Notes under the pieces: model-generated
Told to the model about the DNA's origin: nothing
The model's database searches: none
The model's input: the letters and a program-made list of their open reading frames with translations, nothing else
Shown here: positions 18,201 to 26,913 of the stretch, in pieces
Layout: the number at the start of each line of letters is the position of its first letter
How positions within the stretch are numbered: the first letter of the stretch is position 1
Origin: a virus
Lineage: Duplodnaviria > Caudoviricetes
Length of the DNA: 62,439 nt
Strand: one strand, 5' to 3'
Virus record (IMG/VR): IMGVR_UViG_3300006737_000032
Span: 1-62,439 of that record
Position numbers and translations under genes: made by a program

Positions 18201-20793
18201 TTCTCCTAGCGTCGGGAGACAGCGTTGGGTCGAGGTCACCTGGAAGTGGGACGTCTGTATCAGTTCTTGTCTGAGGTGTTGTGCGCTCGGAGACGGCCTT
18301 CTGAACGTCATCTATCGTTACCTCGTCTTCTTCTCTTCTTTCCTCCCTCTCTCTTACACCACGACGAGCGTCTGCAGAGCCTTCGTAGCCCTTTCTATTT
18401 TCTTGATAAACCTCATCAAGTCTCGACAACACCCCAGCAGCCTGTTCTTTGTACTGCATCCGAAGGTTCGGATCGTTGGTGGCGTCAAAGTTCAGCTTAA
18501 GCCTATCAAGAGTCACAACAAGATTGCTGACCTCCAGCAACTGCTCAGGATTGTTCTTTCTCAAGTAGTTGAGATAGTTCTCATTCTGTCGTCTTAGGGT
18601 GAGAGCTTTGTCTCTAGCATTTCTAATAGCAAGGTTGGCCTCAGCCGCAAAGCGCGGGTCCAGCTGTCCGTTCTTGGCAATCTTTTGAGTGTAGTCCTTA
18701 ACGAGATCGTCAAGCCTAGAAATCTCATCTGCATTCATGGGTATCAACTCGTTTGATCGAGCCGTCCCTTTGATGTGTCTCGCCGCACTACCTACGGTGT
18801 GCATCAAGCTTGTAAGAGGGATGATACCCAAGGACTGGTCAATGGCCCTAGTAATAGCTGATTCAAAGTCCATAACCCCACCCTGTACCTCTGCCTCAGC
18901 AAGCTGTTGCAAGAATATGTTGAACGTGGTTGCAATAGACCCCTCAGTGACGGCAATTCTTTGCCCCTGCATATAGCCCCTGAACCAGTTCTTAAGCTCG
19001 TTCTTGGCCGCTGTTTGATACGACCCCATAAGGGCTCTGTTCATTGCAACGTTAGACCCGAAGTCTCCTGCAAGGACGGCGGCTCCATACCCAAACCTAC
19101 CTGCGAAGTTGGTTTTGATGGTGAACTGCTTCTTGAGAACGTTTGGATCAAATGAATCGGCTTTCTCAGCCGCTTCGTAGTAGCTGTATTCCTTTCCATC
19201 AGCATCTACAAACGTATCAAACGAGATATCATTTCTGATTCTTGTCATCTCAACGGCTCCACCCTGAAGAGCCATAAACGCAGCAGTGCCAGTAACGCCT
19301 AGATACGGGTTCAAAGCCATGGCCGTCATGTATGGCAGGCCCTCCGCTGTCATGTCCAGGCTTTGCTTAAAAGCATTTTCAAAGTCACCACTTGCAATAC
19401 TTGAAGCAATGCCTTTTTGATACTCGTTCATCTCGGCCTGAAGCTGTTCTGAATCTATCTCTCTTCTTCGGATGCCGTTCTCAACCTCAAACATGTAGGC
19501 CTCCTGCTGATTCATGAATCTAATACCCCCCTCTACAGAGTCGTCGGGTACCGCGTACAATCCGCCTGATTCGAGACCTGTCGAGCCCTTAAGCAATGGT
19601 GCGTAAAGGTTTCCGCCTAAGTAGGCTGCAGCATTGTACAGGTTTTCGAACGCTCCAGCTGCTTTATCAACAAACTCACCTTCAAAACCTATTGATGGCC
19701 TGGGCCCGCCTTTAGCAAAAACTCTAAGCGTAGGCTTGTTGCCAACCACACCATCTCCAGACAGATCAATGGACATGCCATATCTCTTTCGGAACTGGTT
19801 CTCAAGCTGTGCAAGCTTAAGTTTTGCTTCATCTGTTGGAGCCCCTTCCTCTGTAACCTGTTGATACTCAGCTGGAAGAGCACGCTTGAGGGACAAGGCC
19901 ATGTCTTGGCTCATGTACTGCATCTCCAACTCAGCACGCTTTTTCTCGATGGCCTTTTCCGTCTGCTTGATACCCTTTTTATACGCTTGTCTGTTTGCTA
20001 CGTCTCTAGGCACACCTCTTCTGCGCATGCCTCTGCTTCCACCAGGCCCTTCAAGCGCTCTTTTAACCCAGTCTTCGTTTTCTTTGAGGGCGTCTTCTAG
20101 TGGCACACCATTGTTTACCATCTCCGATGTCTTTTCATCGAGGACGTATGCGATTGCCAGCCTATCTAGTACGTCATTGTATCTTCTGTGAGGAACTCCA
20201 TCCTCACCCTCAATTACACTAAGCAAACTTTCTGGAAGGAGGCCCCTGTTCCTTTCGCTGAATGCATTACTAGACGCTTGAACTGGAGCCGCTGCAGATC
20301 TAGCAAACTTGTCGAAGCTGGAGGTTTGCATGTTAAATATCATGCGGTCCATAACCTCGTCAGGGTTGTTGTTTAGCAGGTTGTATGGGTTGAGCTTGTG
20401 CCCCCCAACAGCGTCCTCTCCGTACAATGTTTGAACACCCTCAAAGTTTGCCGCCTGAACGTTTAAGCTCGTTGGCAGAAAGTCATCTACAAGGTCGTCC
20501 CAATTGTCACTTAGATTGTAGCCCGAATCTCCAGCTTCTGGCTGTTGAGGCTGATCTGTAGTCGAGGTAGGCGCCGTAGAAACCTGCTCCGAACTGGATT
20601 CCGATTGAGAGCTGTCTTGACTTTTTTTTTTAGGGTCGCCCTGATCCTGTGTGGCACCTTCGTAGAGGCCCCTCATGTATCTGCGAGCCTCACCTGTGTT
20701 GTACCCAGATCTGCCAAGCGCTCTAAAGGCCTGGTCAATCGAATAGTTCTGCCCCTGATACTCGGTGTACAGTTTTTGCAGTTCTTCTTCCAT
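15241..20793 (-). CDS. large putative ejected/core virion protein
   Basis: 1850-aa helical ORF downstream of tail genes; no polymerase motif seen. Confidence 0.7.
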   Translation of the reverse strand: MEEELQKLYTEYQGQNYSIDQAFRALGRSGYNTGEARRYMRGLYEGATQDQGDPKKKSQDSSQSESSSEQVSTAPTSTTDQPQQPEAGDSGYNLSDNWDDLVDDFLPTSLNVQAANFEGVQTLYGEDAVGGHKLNPYNLLNNNPDEVMDRMIFNMQTSSFDKFARSAAAPVQASSNAFSERNRGLLPESLLSVIEGEDGVPHRRYNDVLDRLAIAYVLDEKTSEMVNNGVPLEDALKENEDWVKRALEGPGGSRGMRRRGVPRDVANRQAYKKGIKQTEKAIEKKRAELEMQYMSQDMALSLKRALPAEYQQVTEEGAPTDEAKLKLAQLENQFRKRYGMSIDLSGDGVVGNKPTLRVFAKGGPRPSIGFEGEFVDKAAGAFENLYNAAAYLGGNLYAPLLKGSTGLESGGLYAVPDDSVEGGIRFMNQQEAYMFEVENGIRRREIDSEQLQAEMNEYQKGIASSIASGDFENAFKQSLDMTAEGLPYMTAMALNPYLGVTGTAAFMALQGGAVEMTRIRNDISFDTFVDADGKEYSYYEAAEKADSFDPNVLKKQFTIKTNFAGRFGYGAAVLAGDFGSNVAMNRALMGSYQTAAKNELKNWFRGYMQGQRIAVTEGSIATTFNIFLQQLAEAEVQGGVMDFESAITRAIDQSLGIIPLTSLMHTVGSAARHIKGTARSNELIPMNADEISRLDDLVKDYTQKIAKNGQLDPRFAAEANLAIRNARDKALTLRRQNENYLNYLRKNNPEQLLEVSNLVVTLDRLKLNFDATNDPNLRMQYKEQAAGVLSRLDEVYQENRKGYEGSADARRGVREREERREEDEVTIDDVQKAVSERTTPQTRTDTDVPLPGDLDPTLSPDARRNKRSATVKRFGQKAKNVWNKWFKSNGGIKNPEIEEVVRSRERLASAWINEVSFDARSWRNLLRQVRRGPGGIRIKGAMLKDTQAAMLEALEGKIKMDDPRLNNLSADSKEQLTFFREQIDGLSESLIATLEKQPLGTPEQAKARAELIEKIRSNKGRYLTTSYELFNDGGRRLDLLTQEGGYDAMPPDIQKIYKNAIDYIAERYDQPFGDVPLTKAERQKLARRELNAYLIGLKNQRNGGGGFSMMGAMDAPFLKAKKDLPKPIEDLLGKIKDPMNAYVTTASKLNSYLSNARWQTEMSLILRDSGMARMGVEFEGMDSPNGKMVKLSPTSEAWLPLADLYVPQNFKTAFDNLMPLKSLDDGLYKTLVQASAAVKVGKTVLAPTTTARNLISGLGLSAANGHIPFARNPMATLDAMQMAWGVHGKFKRNQTYRVEVRKLIELGVLNDGANARELMETLNDSMGGDVNRILKGNRVMETAQKLYAFGDDFYKVNGYYQERKAFLDSGMSVAEAEAKAAQRVRDGYPTYSKISRGTKELRRFPLAGSFVSFPYEMWRTTTNQFKFIAEDFQAGRTGMAMRRAAGLTASLVSAYALAEESKDRLGFTDQDDEAVRSLGPEWQKLSNLFYLGVENGSPYFMDMSYMLPHEAILKPLKAVMGMDPDDVNFQDKLQSALWEAGSPFFSSDVTFGFLQELYQNTQEGGMSIVDTEPGESPLSAAIRQPDKVFVQFLKKVAPGFVGNVTEFLRAGAVEEVFKLVSGDEELPNGHPLENAMDQFYEYFPPKTRYKEYTLEDAVYGLLGFRVTYLPVDVAGANKTKEWNEYANQVKYRSFSPFTKQPELGDPKKIATAAQDYMEIHNRNHSKGQDVTNMTVRLDLNVGEITAMHEAAGLSDDASTSYIANVYLPPSQLTDKQVDAMVERETWYKSLSMDEKVEQSVTIMKNAAAFNLELVRLIVAECRRRNLTEEQTRAILDMSERGGDPIPESNE

Positions 20794-22526
20794 TATTGTT
20801 GCGCGTTAATTACGTCCTGTAGAGGTGTTCCCGTTTGACCAACATCTCCCGCCTTTTTATATTCTTCTCTAACCGCTGCTTCAAGGGCAATAAACGCCTC
20901 AGAATATTCGTCGTTGTCGTCTGTGATAGGAACAATTATGAACTTGGGTTCGGGCTTCTTGTCCCACCCCGCTATGTTCCAGTAATCATCGTTTTCAAAA
21001 AGCTCTCGCTCTTGTTCGGTGCCTATGAACCCGTCAAAAACACCCCTTCCCTGTCCACGAAGGTCTGCGTTTACCTTTTCAACCAAGATGATATTGTCAT
21101 CGTAGTAAGGAATAATTCTGCTGATTCTTTCTGCGGTCTCGTTTTCACTTCGAGCGTATGTAAGATTTAGTGCGTTAGGCAGCGGAATGTCAAGGCGTGG
21201 CCTTCCAACAAGACTTCTCATTGTTTCGGCATCATTCCCATAAATTCTGTCGAGCTTGTAGTCTTCCTCTTGCCCAGGTGCCATGGGCGACACAGATGTT
21301 GGGAGACCTTCTCTTTTCTCCTTCAGTACGTTGGCCCACAAAACCTCCTCACCAGCTCTTCCTCCGCCTCCGCTTCTTCGGGTGGTGAGATTAGACTGAT
21401 AAAGACCCACTACCCTGTCGAGGTACAAGTCCATTGGTGTCTTCCAACCAAGCGCTGGAGGCTGTTGCTTAAACTTCTCTGGGTCATACTGCTCACCAGC
21501 TTCCTTCGTACCATCAAACGTTTCGTTGGCATAGTCTCTAAGAGATGACTCCTGCAGCGATGCGTCGTTCGAAAATATCATCATTAGACCGCGCTTGATA
21601 TTCTCTCTAGCCTGATCCTCACTGATAGGATTTTTGTCGTCGTTAATAGCTTTGTCAGCCTGAGCCACAAGCTTTTGAACTTTTGCTGAAGCAAAGAAAG
21701 ACGTAGGGTCTTGATAGTTTGGTCTGGTCTCAGGTTGGAACCACTGCCTCTCACCTCTAGCTGGGTGCAACCAGCTCGGCCCAGACACCTTGATAGGCTC
21801 TTTGTTGATCGGCTGATTTGTAACAGGGTCAATAATAGAGAGCGTAGTCACACCAGTCACAGGGTCTGTCTCGTACATAGGCTCAGCTCTCTGACCGTTG
21901 CCTAGGTCGTATTTAGCTTCGCTTCTAATGCGTTGCTCGTACATGTCGCGCATCGCCATGCCCGTTGATGGGTCTCTGTAGTCGCCAATCTTTGTCTTGA
22001 CGCCATTGATAATCATCGGCTCATAGCTGCCGTACACTGTGTGGTTGTGGTATACACCACGACGAACGTTCAGGTCATCAGAAGACACAACAGGGCTGCC
22101 CTGACCTCTGTAGAGGGTGGGGTCCTGAATCAGCTGCCCATAAACATCGTATGCACTGTTCTGACCCTTCATGAGCTCAGACTGCATATTGCCAGCACCC
22201 TCCAGTCTATCCATAGTCTGAACCACAAAAGGAATAAACTGCTCTGGGTTTGGGTGAAACATAGCCTGCTGTCGCAGGTCGTTGTACGTTTCCTGATACT
22301 CGTTTATGTCTTGTGTTGACCAGTTAGAAAAATTTGCTGATATCTTGTTAAGCTGCATAAGCTGCTTGTTCCTTTCGGTTGCAGCTTGCTTAGCTCTGTC
22401 AGCCTGTTGTTTTGCCATAGCCCCCTGCACAGCAGAAAGCTTTTCAAATGGCTGAGATAGCTGATCAGCTAGATTCTTCGAAGGCTCCACTCTGGGAGCT
22501 ACATACTGGTACTCAAATTCAGACAT
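20793..22526 (-). CDS. putative ejected/core virion protein
   Basis: 577-aa ORF, coupled (TAATG) within the cargo cluster. Confidence 0.65.
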   Translation of the reverse strand: MSEFEYQYVAPRVEPSKNLADQLSQPFEKLSAVQGAMAKQQADRAKQAATERNKQLMQLNKISANFSNWSTQDINEYQETYNDLRQQAMFHPNPEQFIPFVVQTMDRLEGAGNMQSELMKGQNSAYDVYGQLIQDPTLYRGQGSPVVSSDDLNVRRGVYHNHTVYGSYEPMIINGVKTKIGDYRDPSTGMAMRDMYEQRIRSEAKYDLGNGQRAEPMYETDPVTGVTTLSIIDPVTNQPINKEPIKVSGPSWLHPARGERQWFQPETRPNYQDPTSFFASAKVQKLVAQADKAINDDKNPISEDQARENIKRGLMMIFSNDASLQESSLRDYANETFDGTKEAGEQYDPEKFKQQPPALGWKTPMDLYLDRVVGLYQSNLTTRRSGGGGRAGEEVLWANVLKEKREGLPTSVSPMAPGQEEDYKLDRIYGNDAETMRSLVGRPRLDIPLPNALNLTYARSENETAERISRIIPYYDDNIILVEKVNADLRGQGRGVFDGFIGTEQERELFENDDYWNIAGWDKKPEPKFIIVPITDDNDEYSEAFIALEAAVREEYKKAGDVGQTGTPLQDVINAQQ

Positions 22527-23806
22527 TACGCCATCACTTGTTCAGTCTCTTTAAACTGAGGCTGTCCTAGAATAGATTCCATAGCTTGATAGTATGCCAT
22601 CCACTCTTCGTTTGAGGGCTCTCTTCCGTCGTCAAGAATGCCCTTGATTTCGCCGTGGCTATCCATCATGGCTGAGCCTTGTTGATCATTGAGCATTACC
22701 TCACCACCCATGGCCTCACCGACCTTTTGACCGTCGTTGTTGATCATGTGAATTGGGTTGGTCGTATGTGAAGGTTCGCCTGGGAATGGACCTTGAATTG
22801 GAGGCTGTCCTTTGCCTCCACCCATGATCTGATCCAAGACACTACCCCCCATCATATACTTCATCGCGCCACCATCGCCATATTCTTGAGGCATCATGCC
22901 ACCACCAGGGTATTTTCTGCCGTACTCGGCTTTACCCTTTTCGTCAGGCTTTGGGATGACACCCTTTCCCATTAAGACATCTTTTTGGGTGACCTCTCCA
23001 TCACCACTGTAATCTGGGAACGTCTTGCCCCCTTGTCCGTAAAAATTCATTTTTCCTCCGTTTTCTACAAAAAGTGACAATCCAGCTTCAAGAACGCCCT
23101 GTCCAATCTGACCAAATGCCTGTCTTCTGGCTTGCTCTTCTGCAACTTTGTTTTGAGCTGCAGTTCTTGCGGCTTCTTCTGAGTATCCAAGCTTTCTTAG
23201 ATCCAATTCGTACTGTCTTTGCAGGTTTGAGTCTGCAATGTTTTGCTCTGCAGCCCCTAGTGCAGTCCTAGCGGCAACAGTATTCTGGAAATCAGACTCT
23301 CTGGCTGCCAGTATAGCTGATGGGTCTGTCACGGTGCCAAGACCACTTAAGAGAGCCCTTGGGTCTGCAGACTCCAAGACGTTAAGGTTCTGTGCCTGCC
23401 TTGAGAGTATGGGGTCGATGTTGGTTTTTCTGCTCGCCATCAAATTGTAGGCGTCAGAAGTATTCTGGCTGAGGGTTCTGTCGTACTTGCCTTCCGCTTC
23501 AGAGTAAAAATCTTCAATAGCTGTCTTGGCTTTGTTATACTCAGCTTCAGCTTCAGCGATTCTTCCCTTAGATCCGACAAGATTTGCTATGCCACCAATA
23601 ATGCCAGTGCCACCGCTTGCTATGCTTGGACCTCCGCTTGCACCCATCTGTCCAGTAGATGCGGACACATACGATCCCGTGAACGGATTGTATTCGTAGT
23701 CCGTTGGGGTCATATTTACATATGGGTTCGAATATCCGTAAGGGTTGAGTGGATCTACTTGACCCTGATCTGTTGGTTCTTCATGTACTGTACCGTCGTG
23801 TGCCAT
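22526..23806 (-). CDS. putative ejected/core virion protein
   Basis: Gly-rich amphipathic segments, coiled coil, repeated YxxGG, PDYSGDGEVTQKD. Confidence 0.65.
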   Translation of the reverse strand: MAHDGTVHEEPTDQGQVDPLNPYGYSNPYVNMTPTDYEYNPFTGSYVSASTGQMGASGGPSIASGGTGIIGGIANLVGSKGRIAEAEAEYNKAKTAIEDFYSEAEGKYDRTLSQNTSDAYNLMASRKTNIDPILSRQAQNLNVLESADPRALLSGLGTVTDPSAILAARESDFQNTVAARTALGAAEQNIADSNLQRQYELDLRKLGYSEEAARTAAQNKVAEEQARRQAFGQIGQGVLEAGLSLFVENGGKMNFYGQGGKTFPDYSGDGEVTQKDVLMGKGVIPKPDEKGKAEYGRKYPGGGMMPQEYGDGGAMKYMMGGSVLDQIMGGGKGQPPIQGPFPGEPSHTTNPIHMINNDGQKVGEAMGGEVMLNDQQGSAMMDSHGEIKGILDDGREPSNEEWMAYYQAMESILGQPQFKETEQVMA

Positions 23807-23815
23807 GCTGTAAAT

Positions 23816-24817
23816 TTAAGCATTTTGACCTAAACTGTGGTCCAGCTTGGTTGGCTCGTATTCTACGTTGAATGCCATAGCCTCCACAGGGGCGGTCGAA
23901 TTGTTTCTCATGAACACATATGCGTACTGTCCGCGCATAGTGTCGCCGTCAAGTTTTGAAGATGTAGCCGTCCATACAGCGTTGTTGGTGGTGTATGGCT
24001 GTGACATCCATTCAAACGGGTATGCCTGAAGAATAGAAAACGGAATTGTCATCTTCATCGTCACCTCGCCATCTGAAGGGCTGTATGATTGCACTTCTGC
24101 TGCGTTGATGTTGATTGCCCCTGAGTATCCAATACCCGTGACAGACACAAAACCGTTGGGGGTGAGATAGCTTCTCCCCCCAAACTCTTCAACATCAAAG
24201 ACTGCAAGAACGCCCTTACCAGATCTAACTCTCTCCCCAATCTTTCCTATAGGCACGGTCCAAGTCAGGTCAAGGTTGTCCTGTCCAAGACCCAAATCGC
24301 CTGCGGGTTCGAAAGGCATGAACGACACAATGCTGTCTGGTATGCTGAAGCTGTACGCTATGTTTGCTGAGCTATTAACCTCTGAGCGCGGCATAGCCGC
24401 ATACATGATTCCCTCTTTCCTTTGGAAGCCCTTGACCTCCCCGAACTGGTATTCGTTGGAGTTAAGAGACCCAGAGGGGTGAATGTTTGTTGATACGTGC
24501 CCAGACCAAAGACTAGAGTTTGTCTCGATAGACAGTGACTTGTAGATCTTTGTTGAGCTGGGGTTGTAGTTGCTTACAAATGCGAGCGACGTATCGTACT
24601 GAAAGCCGTAGAAGTTGTTTCTAGTTTCGTTGTCGTCGTGCCTCCAGATCTTGGACATGGCATCGCCTTCACCGCCTGGCCATTTTGAGTTGCAAGACAC
24701 GACATTGTTGTCTACGGTGGCATATGCTGTAGGCGTAAAGCTATAGCGCGTTCTCCACACCTTGTCTTTGTGTGCGAATGCAAAGGTTACACCCTTATGA
24801 TTGTTGTTCTGACTCAT
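23816..24817 (-). CDS. C-terminal portion of tail stabilization/nozzle-like protein
   Basis: TFAF..W.TRYSF.P, WRHD..RNNFYGFQY, N.NPS..K..KSLSIE motifs. Confidence 0.6.
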   Translation of the reverse strand: MSQNNNHKGVTFAFAHKDKVWRTRYSFTPTAYATVDNNVVSCNSKWPGGEGDAMSKIWRHDDNETRNNFYGFQYDTSLAFVSNYNPSSTKIYKSLSIETNSSLWSGHVSTNIHPSGSLNSNEYQFGEVKGFQRKEGIMYAAMPRSEVNSSANIAYSFSIPDSIVSFMPFEPAGDLGLGQDNLDLTWTVPIGKIGERVRSGKGVLAVFDVEEFGGRSYLTPNGFVSVTGIGYSGAININAAEVQSYSPSDGEVTMKMTIPFSILQAYPFEWMSQPYTTNNAVWTATSSKLDGDTMRGQYAYVFMRNNSTAPVEAMAFNVEYEPTKLDHSLGQNA

Positions 24818-26913
24818 GATGTGTATGAAATGTCATCGCTCAAAGTCTTTCTTCCGAAGTACTCTCTCGATTCTCTTACGTAATTGTCTACTGATTCTTC
24901 TCCAAGGTTGTCGTTCCATGCAATAAACTCCATGCTGTTGGCGATGCCCGTTGGATTTGGGAGGCCCGAGAACAACTGCCTAACACCCAGCAGCAAGCCG
25001 TCATCGTTATTGCTTGCCGTAAAGGTAACGGTTGCTGGGAGGTCTGTGTTTGGGGTTCTGTAATAGTCAGCATAGAATCCCCACCCAGACAGGAAGCTGT
25101 GGTAGCTCACCTGATTAAACTCCATGTTGCATGCAAAAGAAGATACAGGGTCGTTCCTAAAATCCTCTGAGTTAAAGTTTGTTTGAGCCCATGTGTTGAT
25201 GGCCAATCCATCTATTTCAAAGTTACCCCAGTTTGAGCTATAGGGTTGTGTTTCAGTTCCAATGTTGCTGTCGTTGACCTGATCCAAATACGACTCTCTC
25301 ATCATCGAGTGACCCCCCTCAAAGCTCCCCCTAATAGCGCTGCCGCGAAGATGGCCGAAGCCTGAGCCTTGAGAGGTTTCAAACCCAGATTTGAATATCG
25401 TTCTCTTAGCCTTTGTGTACGACGGGATTCCGTTGGCGTTAAAGATATACTGTGACGCATCTGGCTCAAAGAATGGGTTGAAGTCTTGCTTCAGGTACAT
25501 CATGCCAGAGTCATACACCCCACCATACGGGTTGTCTGAGGAGCCCCCAAACTGAGCCCTACCCTCCCAGCCAGATATCCATTCATTTCCACCGATGGTT
25601 CCGTACTGCTCTTGTGGGTAGAGATAGCACCTCCACCCCTTCCACTGATCGTGTCTGAGACTTTGAAAATCAACAACAGGGTCATCGCCAAACTGTGACC
25701 AGGGCCTGTCCCCAAGGCCGATAGTACTTCCAATACCTACGCACGGGATATTCCCGTAGCTTACAATCTTTTTGATTGGGACGTTAAAGCTGTTTTCAAA
25801 ATCATTCCAGGCAATCAAAAGTCCGCTTGTCCTAAACGGGTGCATGGGCTCGTGTCCAGGCTCTCTACTTTTGAATCCGTTGTCGTTTACACCTTGGTCG
25901 CACCATTCCTGAATTGTAACCACACAGGAGCCTTGAAGACTTTTTACTGGGGATGTGCTTCCTACAAGTGGAGATATGTTGGGGCTATTGTACCTATCAT
26001 TGAAGTCAGCTTCTTCTTCTGGGGACAGACCTGGCTGAAAAACTGCCAATGGGTCTTCCATCAACAGAAGAATTTTTTCGTAATCAAAGTACCCGTCTTC
26101 AGTGAACCCAATATCCACAGGTTCTGTAAGGAACGGGTAGTCTGCCTCTAATTCAAGATAAGCGTTTCGGAAATCAAAGTTAAAAAGGAACTCAACCCCC
26201 AAACTTTGTGGGTTCCAGCTCGATGAGGGGGTTTCTCTAGGGTATTGCGCCCATGCAATTCCTGGGGCGTTGAAGTTGTTAAGGCTTCTTTTGTCGTAGT
26301 CAAGCTTAACCCTCATGCACGGCCCGTCGTAGTCAGACCGTAGCTTTCTCAAGCTGCATGCAAATGCCACGTCATCAGGGTGGTCGTCCAAGTACATGGG
26401 GTACGACTCTGGCACGGGCGCAGGCCCTGTAGGGACTTCATATCCAGCGTACTCAAGGGCAATGAGCAGGTCCGAAATGTTAATAGATCCATCTCCATTG
26501 GCGTCAAACTGTCCAAGCTCTTCGTTACCCAATGCAACCTGAGTTCCTAGCAGCTCAGAATAAACAGCATTGATATCCCCTGTAGAGACGTACCCGTTTC
26601 CGTTTAGGTCAAGCGCAGATGGAGAAAAATCAAACGTCTCAAGCACTTCGAATGCAGAGGCGTGATTGATCTCTCTCTCTTGGAATTCATCTTCAAAGTT
26701 CTCTGCGTCGTTCTGAAGATCGAGCTGTACTCTTCCGATACTTGATAAGCCGTCATAAAGATTTGGGTCAATGACATCAGGGTCAGGCTGACTGCCCTGC
26801 CCAAGCGGGAACCCAAGGTCGCACACGTCGATAGTCAAAGACTCGTTCTGCAAGTCTTCGTTGTCAAAAACGACACGCCATAGGCTTTGTGTTACTTGAA
26901 CTGTTGCCATCAC
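24814..26913 (-). CDS. tail-associated protein with dockerin-like repeats and a ConA/LamG-like domain
   Basis: DLNGNGYVSTGD and DANGDGSINISDLL; ACSLRKLRSDYDGPCMRV. Confidence 0.65.
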   Translation of the reverse strand: MMATVQVTQSLWRVVFDNEDLQNESLTIDVCDLGFPLGQGSQPDPDVIDPNLYDGLSSIGRVQLDLQNDAENFEDEFQEREINHASAFEVLETFDFSPSALDLNGNGYVSTGDINAVYSELLGTQVALGNEELGQFDANGDGSINISDLLIALEYAGYEVPTGPAPVPESYPMYLDDHPDDVAFACSLRKLRSDYDGPCMRVKLDYDKRSLNNFNAPGIAWAQYPRETPSSSWNPQSLGVEFLFNFDFRNAYLELEADYPFLTEPVDIGFTEDGYFDYEKILLLMEDPLAVFQPGLSPEEEADFNDRYNSPNISPLVGSTSPVKSLQGSCVVTIQEWCDQGVNDNGFKSREPGHEPMHPFRTSGLLIAWNDFENSFNVPIKKIVSYGNIPCVGIGSTIGLGDRPWSQFGDDPVVDFQSLRHDQWKGWRCYLYPQEQYGTIGGNEWISGWEGRAQFGGSSDNPYGGVYDSGMMYLKQDFNPFFEPDASQYIFNANGIPSYTKAKRTIFKSGFETSQGSGFGHLRGSAIRGSFEGGHSMMRESYLDQVNDSNIGTETQPYSSNWGNFEIDGLAINTWAQTNFNSEDFRNDPVSSFACNMEFNQVSYHSFLSGWGFYADYYRTPNTDLPATVTFTASNNDDGLLLGVRQLFSGLPNPTGIANSMEFIAWNDNLGEESVDNYVRESREYFGRKTLSDDISYTS

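Noticed and set aside
15241-20793. Virion RNA polymerase as in crAss-like or N4-like phages
   Set aside because: No DxDxD catalytic motif or other polymerase signature seen; host-type promoters are present throughout.
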